A program made the position numbers and the translations under genes. DNA of 63,339 nt, filler included, from Thraustochytrium aureum (Eukaryota), in assembly GCA_012862495.1 (NCBI GenBank). It is 5 parts of 3 records of this genome, joined end to end, with 100 filler letters (N's around TTAATTAATTAA, not from the genome) between each part and the next. Parts side by side here need not be neighbours in the genome. Positions count along the whole stretch, not along the records: positions 44,278 to 50,943 come from BLSG01000270.1; positions 51,044 to 60,690 come from BLSG01000271.1; 3 more parts are not named here. One strand, written 5' to 3'. The notes under the pieces were generated by a model. The model did no database searches. It was not told the origin of the DNA and saw only the letters and a program-made list of their open reading frames with translations. This document shows, piece after piece, positions 45,522 through 56,395 of this stretch (positions within the stretch are counted from its first letter, which is position 1; every line of letters starts with the position of its first letter).

Positions 45522-46680
45522 NNNNNNNNNNNNNNNNNNNNNNNNNNNNNNNNNNNNNNNNNNNNNNNNNNNNNNNNNNNNNNNNNNNNNNNNNNNNNNN
45601 NNNNNNNNNNNNNNNNNNNNNNNNNNNNNNNNNNNNNNNNNNNNNNNNNNNNNNNNNNNNNNNNNNNNNNNNNNNNNNNNNNNNNNNNNNNNNNNNNNNN
45701 NNNNNNNNNNNNNNNNNNNNNNNNNNNNNNNNNNNNNNNNNNNNNNNNNNNNNNNNNNNNNNNNNNNNNNNNNNNNNNNNNNNNNNNNNNNNNNNNNNNN
45801 NNNNNNNNNNNNNNNNNNNNNNNNNNNNNNNNNNNNNNNNNNNNNNNNNNNNNNNNNNNNNNNNNNNNNNNNNNNNNNNNNNNNNNNNNNNNNNNNNNNN
45901 NNNNNNNNNNNNNNNNNNNNNNNNNNNNNNNNNNNNNNNNNNNNNNNNNNNNNNNNNNNNNNNNNNNNNNNNNNNNNNNNNNNNNNNNNNNNNNNNNNNN
46001 NNNNNNNNNNNNNNNNNNNNNNNNNNNNNNNNNNNNNNNNNNNNNNNNNNNNNNNNNNNNNNNNNNNNNNNNNNNNNNNNNNNNNNNNNNNNNNNNNNNN
46101 NNNNNNNNNNNNNNNNNNNNNNNNNNNNNNNNNNNNNNNNNNNNNNNNNNNNNNNNNNNNNNNNNNNNNNNNNNNNNNNNNNNNNNNNNNNNNNNNNNNN
46201 NNNNNNNNNNNNNNNNNNNNNNNNNNNNNNNNNNNNNNNNNNNNNNNNNNNNNNNNNNNNNNNNNNNNNNNNNNNNNNNNNNNNNNNNNNNNNNNNNNNN
46301 NNNNNNNNNNNNNNNNNNNNNNNNNNNNNNNNNNNNNNNNNNNNNNNNNNNNNNNNNNNNNNNNNNNNNNNNNNNNNNNNNGACTGCGGGCGTACGTGCG
46401 TGCGTACGTACATACCTTCGTTTCTTGCTGCGAGGTGCTCGCCCGCTGGCTCGGGGCTGGTGCGGGCAGAGCCGGCAGGAGCGCGGCCCCTGGGATCCAG
46501 CACGGGTCGAGGCCGCTGGCCCCTGGATCGGCAAGGCTGCTGCTGCCGGGCTGGCGTGCGGCGCGAGAGGCTGCGCGCCGCGGCGGTGGCGGTGTCGGCG
46601 ATTTCGGCAAGGTGGAAAGGCCCGGCGCCGCTCTGTGCCGGCCGCGGTGAGGCCGAGGACGCAGGGGCGGCACGGCAGCG

Positions 46681-47605
46681 ATGATCATCGTCCCTGAACC
46701 CCGCGTCGTGACGGGGCGGTCGTCCGTCGGGTACAATGGCATCGTTGATCCTGACAAGAGGATCTTCACCAAGGCCATGCTGAGCCTCGACCCCGAACTC
46801 AAGCGCTGGCGAAGCACGATCGCAGAGATCCTCAAAGAAGACCAGGTCAGCGCAGTCGAATCAGTTCTAAGGGGAAGGAGCCCGCGTGGGCCCGGCGGGC
46901 TGTGCGTGAAGATCAACATGCGAATCGACCCGAACCTGCACAGCAACCGAGAGTACCACGTGGTCGAATGCAAGAACGATAGCGAGGTGGACATAGTGGG
47001 CTGCTCGGCGCAGGCTTGCTTTTGGGGGTTTCAAACCGCGAGGCAGATCCTCCGCCAGACGCGCAGCACGTTCGAGGAGACGCTGCGGGTCGAGGACTTT
47101 CCCGAGTTCGCCACGCGCGGGGTGCTCTTGGACATCAGCCGCGACCGCGTGCCTCGCGTCGACTTTCTCAAGTCCCTGATAAGGAACTTGAGCTCGGCCA
47201 AGATCAACCACCTCGAGCTGTACATGGAGCACACGTTTGCGTACCGTGGGCACGAGTCCGCCTGGGCCGGCTCGTCAGCCTACACAGCCAGCGAAGTGCA
47301 GGAGATTGACGCCTTTTGCGCGGACCACTTTATCACGCTCGTCCCGTGCCAGAACACGCTGGGCCACATGCACCGTTGGCTCAAGCACGACCGGTACCGG
47401 GACCTCGCGAGCTCCCGGCCGGCGTGTCGCACCCGTTCGGCCACGAGCGCGAGCCGTTCAGCCTCTGCCCAAGCGACCCGCGCTCGCTCGAGCTGGTGAG
47501 CGACCTGCTCGGACAGCTCGTCCCGCTGTTCAAGACGAACCGGCAGAGCGGCCAGCCGCTCGTCAACGTCAACCTGGACGAGCCGTTCGACTTGGGGCGG
47601 CGAGC
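46681..47605 (+). CDS. Glycoside hydrolase family 20 (beta-N-acetylhexosaminidase-like); frameshift at ~47410, 3' end in gap
   Basis: DFPEFATRGVLLDISRDRVP, LYMEHTFAY, LVPCQNTLGHMHRWLKH and SLCPSDP, with the catalytic DE pair in NVNLDEPFDLG. Confidence 0.88.
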
Positions 47606-48536
47606 NNNNNNNNNNNNNNNNNNNNNNNNNNNNNNNNNNNNNNNNNNNNNNNNNNNNNNNNNNNNNNNNNNNNNNNNNNNNNNNNNNNNNNNNNNNNNNN
47701 NNNNNNNNNNNNNNNNNNNNNNNNNNNNNNNNNNNNNNNNNNNNNNNNNNNNNNNNNNNNNNNNNNNNNNNNNNNNNNNNNNNNNNNNNNNNNNNNNNNN
47801 NNNNNNNNNNNNNNNNNNNNNNNNNNNNNNNNNNNNNNNNNNNNNNNNNNNNNNNNNNNNNNNNNNNNNNNNNNNNNNNNNNNNNNNNNNNNNNNNNNNN
47901 NNNNNNNNNNNNNNNNNNNNNNNNNNNNNNNNNNNNNNNNNNNNNNNNNNNNNNNNNNNNNNNNNNNNNNNNNNNNNNNNNNNNNNNNNNNNNNNNNNNN
48001 NNNNNNNNNNNNNNNNNNNNNNNNNNNNNNNNNNNNNNNNNNNNNNNNNNNNNNNNNNNNNNNNNNNNNNNNNNNNNNNNNNNNNNNNNNNNNNNNNNNN
48101 NNNNNNNNNNNNNNNNNNNNNNNNNNNNNNNNNNNNNNNNNNNNNNNNNNNNNNNNNNNNNNNNNNNNNNNNNNNNNNNNNNNNNNNNNNNNNNNNNNNN
48201 NNNNNNNNNNNNNNNNNNNNNNNNNNNNNNNNNNNNNNNNNNNNNNNNNNNNNNNNNNNNNNNNNNNNNNNNNNNNNNNNNNNNNNNNNNNNNNNNNNNN
48301 NNNNNNNNNNNNNNNNNNNNNNNNNNNNNNNNNNNNNNNNNNNNNNNNNNNNNNNNNNNNNNNNNNNNNNNNNNNNNNNNNNNNNNNNNNNNNNNNNNNN
48401 NNNNNNNNNNNNNNNNNNNNNNNNNNNNNNNNNNNNNNNNNNNNNNNNNNNNNNNNNNNNNNNNNNNNNNNNNNNNNNNNNNNNNNNNNNNNNNNNNNNN
48501 NNNNNNNNNNNNNNNNNNNNNNNNNNNNNNNNNNNN

Positions 48537-48893
48537 CCTGGTTTTTGCGCGCGCCACCTGCGCAGCAGCGCCTGGTCGTCCTCCTCTTTCAGGGCGCGCA
48601 AAAAAGCTGTCGTCAGAGGCCCCGTCCGCGCTACCCAAGTCGTCGCCCGGCCCCTCCTCCCCGTCTTCCCGTGCGGGCCGCAGTTCGGGGCGCAGCTCGG
48701 GCCGCTTCCTTCGCCTCGGACTCTGCAGGCGGCCGTCCCCTGGGTCGTACCTAATCCTCGTTGCGGCAGAGTTGATCGCCCGGTCGCTTGCCTTCAAGCT
48801 CGCCAGCATCTCTTGCGCATACGCATCGAGCTCGCCCGCGAGGCCCTCGCCGGCTTCGCGACCTTGGCGAGGCCGCCGCGAGGTCGACAGCAT
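48537..48893 (-). CDS. Hypothetical protein N-terminus (continues into gap)
   Basis: An ATG at 48893 opens a protein-like frame (ELDAYAQEMLASLKAS...). No family recognised. Confidence 0.35.
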
Positions 48894-49870
48894 CACACTT
48901 CCTGTCGGCCGCGCGACCCGGAGGCACACCCGCCCGTGCAAGACCGCAGCACGACTCGCAGGGCCGCGGCAGACAGGCTGCGCTTCGCGCAAGCGAGCGG
49001 GCCGCGCGCCTCGGCGGCTGAGGCGCTCTCCACCGCCGCCAAGCCGCAACTCGAGTCTGGACGCTGGACGGACATCCGCCACGCAGCGATGGAAAACCAC
49101 GCCATAACTGCCGCGAAACTGGACAGATTCTCGCCGCGGCGCCGGCGAACGAGCCCGCGGACCGACGCAAGGGACTCCCTGGTCGGGAAAGCAAGTGTTT
49201 CGGCCGCCTTTCGCGATAAGTCAGGGGTGTGCTCCGCCATGACGCAGGCAGTTCTGCTTCATGCACGACTCGGGCCGTGCGATGCGGTCCTGCTTCATGG
49301 AGCCTGCAGCGTCGTGTGCGCGGCGCCGCTGCAGCTTGCTACGGTCAAGTGAAGGGCCCTTGCAGCGCGGCTTTGGTTGTGGCGCCGTTTTGAAGAACAG
49401 GAGTATCGCCAGCGAGGCGCTGTCCATCAATGGACGAGCCTCTCGTCGCGCTTGCCGCGGGCCACCGTCCTGGCCGCGTTGCTCAACTTGGGTCTGCGGT
49501 GGAGTGGGCTTGGTGACGAGCGCCAGGGTTGTCGTTTCACTGCAAAGAAAGCGACGAAACGACCTCCTCGTCGCCCTGGCGAGGCTTGGATTGGCCCGCG
49601 AGCGGTTTGACGGACAGACAACCCGCAGTGGGCGCCGCTGCTCCGAGTAGGTCCAAGTAGCTCGAGCTAGCTAGAGCCACGCCAAGGTTTGTCGTCGAGG
49701 TTGCGCGCGGCGCCGCTGGCGTTGGCCGGCGAGGGCGCGACGAAAGTGTCAAAAGTCGACCCCTCCAAGTGAAGTCTGCGCGGTTTGATGGACATGAGCG
49801 ACACCAACTTGTCGAGCAAGGGAGCAAACCCCAAACGCATTTGCGCGCAAGGCACCTTCAAACCAACAAT

Positions 49871-50824
49871 ATGAGCGTTCAGGCGGCTACCGAAACGCAC
49901 TACAACCGCGTGCCGCAGACCTACCACAAGGCGTGGTTTTACTGCAAGGAGAGTCCGTACGAAAAGTGGCAGCTGCAATTGTTGGTGAGGAGCCTTTGCG
50001 GTGGCGCAGCGCCCGATCCGGGCCGCCGGCTCGTGGACATCGGCGGAGGGACGGGCCGCTTTGCTCAACTGTTGCTCGATGAGCTGGGTCTCGTTTCCAC
50101 TGCGGTTTGCGTCGACCCGTCAGAGGAAATGCTAGCTCAGGCCGCCGCGCTGCCCAGGGTCACAACGCTGCGGCAGGATGCTGTAACATTTGCTCGAGAG
50201 GCCCCCCAAGAGGCGTTCGACTATATTTTGCTCAAGGAGGTTGTGCACCACGTTGACGTGGCGGCGCTCAACGGCATGTTTTGCGGCGTGTACCAAGCCG
50301 CCCGGCCCGGAGCAACGTGCCTCGTCGTGACGCGCCCCAAGGACGGCATTGACTATCCGTTCATGCGAAAGGCATGCCAAGTGTGGAGGCAAAACCAGGA
50401 AGCTGCGTCGACGTACGTCGAGGCGATGCAGGCCAGCGGGTTTGTTGACTGCACCGTGTCCGTGCATGGATTTGCCGTCGAGATTGCACTCGAGTCGTGG
50501 GTCTCGATGGTACGAGGCCGCATGTGGTCGACGTTTTCAGAGGCTCACTTTTCAGAGATTGAGCTCGAGCGGGGCATCGAGGAGATACGTACCAGGTTTC
50601 CAGCGGACCGGAATGGCAACATTCGGTTCGAAGAGCGCTTGGTCCTCATTCGCGGGCGCAAGCGCAGCCCTTGCTTCGACACAAGACAGCGCGAGGCGCG
50701 CAGCGACAGCGCGGCGCCCCCAGCCCGTCCCAGCCCGCAGCGCCGAGGCAAAGTCTCGCAGCCGCAGAGCATTCATGGCCAACTCGTCAGTCACCGAGCG
50801 AGCGAGCACACGCAAGAGCACTAG
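49871..50824 (+). CDS. Class I SAM-dependent methyltransferase
   Basis: Motif I LVDIGGGTGRF, then CVDPSEEML and FDYILLKEVVHHV. Confidence 0.88.
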   Translation: MSVQAATETHYNRVPQTYHKAWFYCKESPYEKWQLQLLVRSLCGGAAPDPGRRLVDIGGGTGRFAQLLLDELGLVSTAVCVDPSEEMLAQAAALPRVTTLRQDAVTFAREAPQEAFDYILLKEVVHHVDVAALNGMFCGVYQAARPGATCLVVTRPKDGIDYPFMRKACQVWRQNQEAASTYVEAMQASGFVDCTVSVHGFAVEIALESWVSMVRGRMWSTFSEAHFSEIELERGIEEIRTRFPADRNGNIRFEERLVLIRGRKRSPCFDTRQREARSDSAAPPARPSPQRRGKVSQPQSIHGQLVSHRASEHTQEH

Positions 50825-50943
50825 GACGCGAAAGCAGCGCGAACGCGTGCACTCATGTCTTGATCAAGCTGCTGACGTCACGACACAGGGCGCTCGTCGC
50901 CTGCGCATCAAGCCGCAAGAACTGCGCATCATCCCCGCGAAGA

Positions 50944-51043
50944 NNNNNNNNNNNNNNNNNNNNNNNNNNNNNNNNNNNNNNNNNNNNTTAATTAATTAAN
51001 NNNNNNNNNNNNNNNNNNNNNNNNNNNNNNNNNNNNNNNNNNN
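50944..51043. other. Artificial scaffold-joining linker
   Basis: 44 N + TTAATTAATTAA + 44 N. Confidence 0.97.
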
Positions 51044-51710
51044 GCCGCTCGACAGACGCCCTTACAACAGACACATCGGCCGCTGAGGTGCAGGCCTCGA
51101 AACAGCGGGTCAGACCTAACCCGTCCCCCTCGCTAACGCACGGACCCTAACTAGCCCTCTATTGGGAAGGCAGGGGGCAGCGGGGGAGAGTAGAGAGCCT
51201 CGTGCTTTTGTGGGGTTTGCCGGTTGGGGCGTTGTGGTGAGGGCGTGGGTTTTGCGGTTGGACCGAGAGGGGGGTAGGGGGAGGTTTTGCCGGGACTGGT
51301 GGGGATTCGTGCTAGGGTTTGGCCGCTGTAGGTTAGGGTTGGGCGGAGAAGGGTTAGGGTTGAGGGCGGGGTTGCCCGTCTCTGGGCGGAGGTGCGCGGG
51401 TCTATAGCGTGCAGGCGATTGGCTCGAGGACGTTGACGAGGCGCCCCGGGGTCCGCGCTGCTGACGACGTGAGTTGGTAGAGTACCGGTACAGGAGTAGT
51501 ACCTCCATCCTCCTCGAGGACTCGCGGCCGTAGCAAGGGTCGGGATCAAGGGCCTCTCTCACCCGATTCAGAGCCTTGTAAAACGGGGCAACTCGAGCTT
51601 GATTCTTCGCGATACGGGATCAAGGTCGACTTGAGGTTGACTTTTCGTGCTGTAGACATCAGCCCCCTCGAGCTCGAGCATCGACAAATGGTTTCGTGCC
51701 TGCCAGTGCA

Positions 51711-53698
51711 CTACAAGCGGCTGGAGCGGCTGGAGGGTGGTGCGTCGGGCTGCTTGACAGGCCCGACGTCTCGCGCGTAGAGCGCACAGTGCGTCCCCGC
51801 GGTGTGGCCAGACACGCACGCCGAGCCGAGCGTTGCGCCGCCCGACCAGTAGTTGTCGCCCGAGATAGGCGAGCCGCAGTTCCCCACAAAGTAGACGCCC
51901 TCGACGTGCCGCCCAGGCGCCCCTTTCCAGAACGGGCGCTGGTGCGCGTCCGTTCGCGGGCCGCCCTTCGTGTCGAGCAGCGAAGCGGCGATCACGACAC
52001 CAAACAACTCGCCCGCGATCGGGCGCATCGTTGGGTTCGGCCACGGGTTGCCCGGCGCGACCGTCCAGCGCCGGTCGCTCTGCATTGCGCCCCGACCAAA
52101 CTCCGCGTCGACACCGCTGCGAGCAAACCCGTTGAAGCGCTCAATGGAGCGAGCCAGCTCGGCCGCGAAACCTGGGTCGAGGTAGCGGCCCGGGACGCGC
52201 CCATTTGAGCGCGCGCTCAACGAGGCGAAGCGGTCCGCGAGCGCCTCTGCGAACGCCTCCACGGTGCCCCCCCGAACATAGTAAGGGCTCTCGAGATCGG
52301 CAGGCCATTGCATGTTAAAGCAGGAGCCGTTGGCGTCGGCGCATTCGCGGTCGCCGATCATGATGAGGAACTCGTTGGACTTTGGGTCCGCCCAGTGCAC
52401 TCTCACGCGTTTGTCGTATCCCTCCTTCTCGTTGTACACGCGGCGCCCCTTGGCGTTGACCACAAGAAACCCATCGCCACGCATCTGGAGGATTCCAGAC
52501 GAGGCCTCGAACGATTCAGCCTCGAGACTCTCTTCAAGTATTGTCTCGCAGCCCCAAACCTTGTCCATCATCTCCATCTCGCACCCAAGCCGCACTGCCA
52601 GCACATGTCCGTCGCCTGTCGCGTGGCCACAGGCGCCAGTTCGAAACACGGGGCCGGGCAGCACTGAGCGCAGCATGTTTTGGTCATGCTGAATCCGCCG
52701 GTCGCGAAGACGACGCCCCGGCGCACTCCGACTGTCCGCAGAGTTGCTCCCCGCGAGCTGCGGAGTCCTACACCGATCACGACGGGTGGGTCACCGGGGC
52801 TTTCCCCGCCTCGAACAAATACTTGCTCGACACTCTGCCCGAGACGAACTTCAACGCCGTCGCGCTGCATCGCACTTGTGAGGCTGTTTACCATCCCGAT
52901 GCCGATGCCATACGATAGGTCGATTCCAAAGTCGTTGAGCAGATTGGCGTCCTTCAGGGCCGGGGCGACGGTCGACAGAGCGCGTGTGGCTGGTGCCAGC
53001 ACCCCGGTGAGGGCGCGCACGCCGTGAATGATCCCCCGAACTAGTGCGGGCGAGCCAGGGCCCAGGCCGCGGCCTTGGGGGGCCGCGTTGTCTGGCTGGG
53101 CTTGCTCGCTCCAGGCGTAATCATGAATTAGCTCGCCGTCTGTGTACCGGGTCTGCGTCAGGTTGGGCATCACGTCGCGGTCGACCAGCTCCTTGCACAC
53201 GCGCCAGCCGGCGTCCACGTAGTTGACGAGCTTGTCGTAGTGGTCTTCGGCGAGCCCCAGTCGAGGTTGTTCAAGGTCAAACTCATCAGGAAAACTCACT
53301 CGCGCCAAGAAGCGCACGGCCTGGTCCCTGTCGTCCACGAGCCCGGCTTGCTGCATGAGGTGGTTGTTCGGGATCCAGAACACGCCGCCGCTCTTCAGCG
53401 TCGTGCCCCCGGCTTGCTGCTCGTCCCGCTCTGCCACGACAACCTCGCCGGCGCCGGCCCACTTTGCTGCAAGCGCTGCGCAGCACCCAGAGGCTCCGCT
53501 GCCCGCGACGAGGACGTCAACAACCTCGTCCCAGCCCCCTGCTGGAACGCCGTGTGCCACACATAGTTTCTCCTCCCGCGCCTTAATCGCCTCGGCTTGG
53601 GCGGCCTTCGCCAGCAGGCCGACCTCGATGGCATCTCGCTGCGGCGCAGCCGTCGCGTTCCGCCGCCGCTTTGCCGCCAGGTCTGCGACAGCCTTGGC
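51711..53698 (-). CDS. FAD-dependent oxidoreductase, 3-ketosteroid-delta1-dehydrogenase (KstD)/FAD_binding_2 family; frameshift at ~52685
   Basis: WDEVVDVLVAGSGASG, GGTTLKSGGVFWIPNN, RRGVVFATGGF, ATGDG, LDTKGGPRTD and GVYFVGN...YWSGGATLG. Confidence 0.85.
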
Positions 53699-54646
53699 NN
53701 NNNNNNNNNNNNNNNNNNNNNNNNNNNNNNNNNNNNNNNNNNNNNNNNNNNNNNNNNNNNNNNNNNNNNNNNNNNNNNNNNNNNNNNNNNNNNNNNNNNN
53801 NNNNNNNNNNNNNNNNNNNNNNNNNNNNNNNNNNNNNNNNNNNNNNNNNNNNNNNNNNNNNNNNNNNNNNNNNNNNNNNNNNNNNNNNNNNNNNNNNNNN
53901 NNNNNNNNNNNNNNNNNNNNNNNNNNNNNNNNNNNNNNNNNNNNNNNNNNNNNNNNNNNNNNNNNNNNNNNNNNNNNNNNNNNNNNNNNNNNNNNNNNNN
54001 NNNNNNNNNNNNNNNNNNNNNNNNNNNNNNNNNNNNNNNNNNNNNNNNNNNNNNNNNNNNNNNNNNNNNNNNNNNNNNNNNNNNNNNNNNNNNNNNNNNN
54101 NNNNNNNNNNNNNNNNNNNNNNNNNNNNNNNNNNNNNNNNNNNNNNNNNNNNNNNNNNNNNNNNNNNNNNNNNNNNNNNNNNNNNNNNNNNNNNNNNNNN
54201 NNNNNNNNNNNNNNNNNNNNNNNNNNNNNNNNNNNNNNNNNNNNNNNNNNNNNNNNNNNNNNNNNNNNNNNNNNNNNNNNNNNNNNNNNNNNNNNNNNNN
54301 NNNNNNNNNNNNNNNNNNNNNNNNNNNNNNNNNNNNNNNNNNNNNNNNNNNNNNNNNNNNNNNNNNNNNNNNNNNNNNNNNNNNNNNNNNNNNNNNNNNN
54401 NNNNNNNNNNNNNNNNNNNNNNNNNNNNNNNNNNNNNNNNNNNNNNNNNNNNNNNNNNNNNNNNNNNNNNNNNNNNNNNNNNNNNNNNNNNNNNNNNNNN
54501 NNNNNNNNNNNNNNNNNNNNNNNNNNNNNNNNNNNNNNNNNNNNNNNNNNNNNNNNNNNNNNNNNNNNNNNNNNNNNNNNNNNNNNNNNNNNNNNNNNNN
54601 NNNNNNNNNNNNNNNNNNNNNNNNNNNNNNNNNNNNNNNNNNNNNN

Positions 54647-56228
54647 GATCGGGCTGCTTGGCGGCGGCGTCGTTGTCGGGGTCGCCGCCTGGAACGGATG
54701 GGGCGGTGCCAGATGCGCTCTGGTGGGCCTTGGATGGCTCGGCGCGTTTGCGACCGTCAGGAGCGCGGTGAGGCCGCTCGTGCACGAGGGAGGCGCCGGG
54801 TGGGGGGCGCAGGACGACAGGCCAGACGTGCTGAAAGCCCGCGTGATCTCGCGCAAGATACTGCCTGTTTCGTACGCAGACGCCGTCGACCAACTCGCCG
54901 AGCTGCTCGACCGCATAGACCAGGTACGCTTCACGCGCACTGGGTTTAGGCACGCTCACAGTGACATGAGCAACCTGGCGCTCTTGGCGCTCGCGCTCGA
55001 GACGGCGCAAAGCCGCGCCGAGCGAGAGTGGCAAGGGGCCCCCGCGACCGCGCCAGGGCGCGACCTGCTCGAGGAGGCCTCGTACTATTGTCGATTTGCC
55101 AACAGCTCGTACGGTTTGCTGTTCTGTGCGGCACTGGGGCTCGTGCCTTCGTCAGTTGCAAGCACCCTTGGCCGCAGCGCCGAGTCTGTAGCACATGCAG
55201 ACATGGCCTGCTTTCTGGAGCACACGCGCCACAACTCGAGGTCTCTGCAGTTTGCGCTCGTGGCGGACTATTACGACAAGCTCTACTCGCCAAAGTTTTA
55301 TCTGTTGGCCGACCACGCTCGCCGGAGCATTGTCCTGGCGATCCGGGGAACGTCTGGTATTGCTGACACGTTGACGGACCTGGACTGCGCGCTCGCGCCG
55401 GTGCCCGGCTGCTGCGGGCTGCGCGCCCACAAGGGCATCCTCGCTGGAGCAGAGGCGGTTGTCGCGCTGAGCGCGCCCGCCCTCGCGGAGCTCATGTCGA
55501 AGCACCGCGACTATGCCCTCGTCGTGACGGGGCACTCGCTGGGGGCAGGAACGGCAACGCTGGCCGCGCTCGTCCTCGCAGCTAGCAACACCCTCCCGGC
55601 CCCGCGCCGCGTCCGCTGCTTGGCGTTCGGCGGCCCGCCCGTCGTGGCTGCAACTGCAACCGAGCAGCGAAGCCAGTGCGGCGACCTTCTTGACCGCGTC
55701 TCTGTACTGCACGTGTTTCACGGGCAAGACCTCGTGCCGCGACTCTCGCTGTGGTCTGGCGAGCGTCTTTTGCACCGCTTGGACCGCCTCGACCTTCTCA
55801 CGCGCTCGGGCAAACTATCGACCCTGCAGCGCTGGCGCGCCACGTTCTGGGGTTCGCTCGACCGGCTTCGTGCCAGCGAGCGGAGCGCAGTACTCGACGC
55901 TGTCGAACTGGACCGCGGCCCAAGCGAGTCCACAGGCCTGCCCAGTAATACCTCGAGTGCATACACCGAGCTGGACAGCAGCCTCGAAAACGCGGCCGGC
56001 TCTGCGCTGCTTGGCATCGACGCCTTCATGCGCGAAAACTCCGTCCGCCTGTACCACGTGAGCGGGCCGGTGTTGCACATTGGAGCGCATTCGCCGCGGC
56101 TTGTGCAAAGCGCTGACGTCCTCGCACCGGACGTTGGCGTTGACAAGCGTGGCAGGTTTCTCTTGGACCACCTGCCGCACGAGTACCACAATGCGCTCAA
56201 GACTGCGCTTCGCCGTTGTGCCTCATAG
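54647..56228 (+). CDS. Class 3 lipase (DAG-lipase-like) with N-terminal TM segments; 5' end in gap
   Basis: IVLAIRGT, AHKGIL, VTGHSLGAG (Ser), DLVPRLS (Asp) and DHLPHEY (His). Confidence 0.9.
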
Positions 56229-56395
56229 TGCTGGCGGGCGACTCGCTTGCGCATTTTCGCCTCGTCTCGTCTTGTTTCTTTCCTCGAGATAAGGGACGAG
56301 CCCGCACGGTGATGAGGGCGTGCAGGGACAACTGGAAGGAGGCAGAGTGCTCTAGCTAGTACTCGGTTCGTATCTATGTGACCACAACGGACGCT

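Noticed and set aside
24008..53698. AldO, MMPL, GH20 and KstD-like genes as one horizontally acquired island, or as bacterial contamination
   Set aside because: They lie on three different scaffolds with no operon structure and host-like composition. AldO, MMPL and the KstD-like gene sit next to clearly eukaryotic genes.
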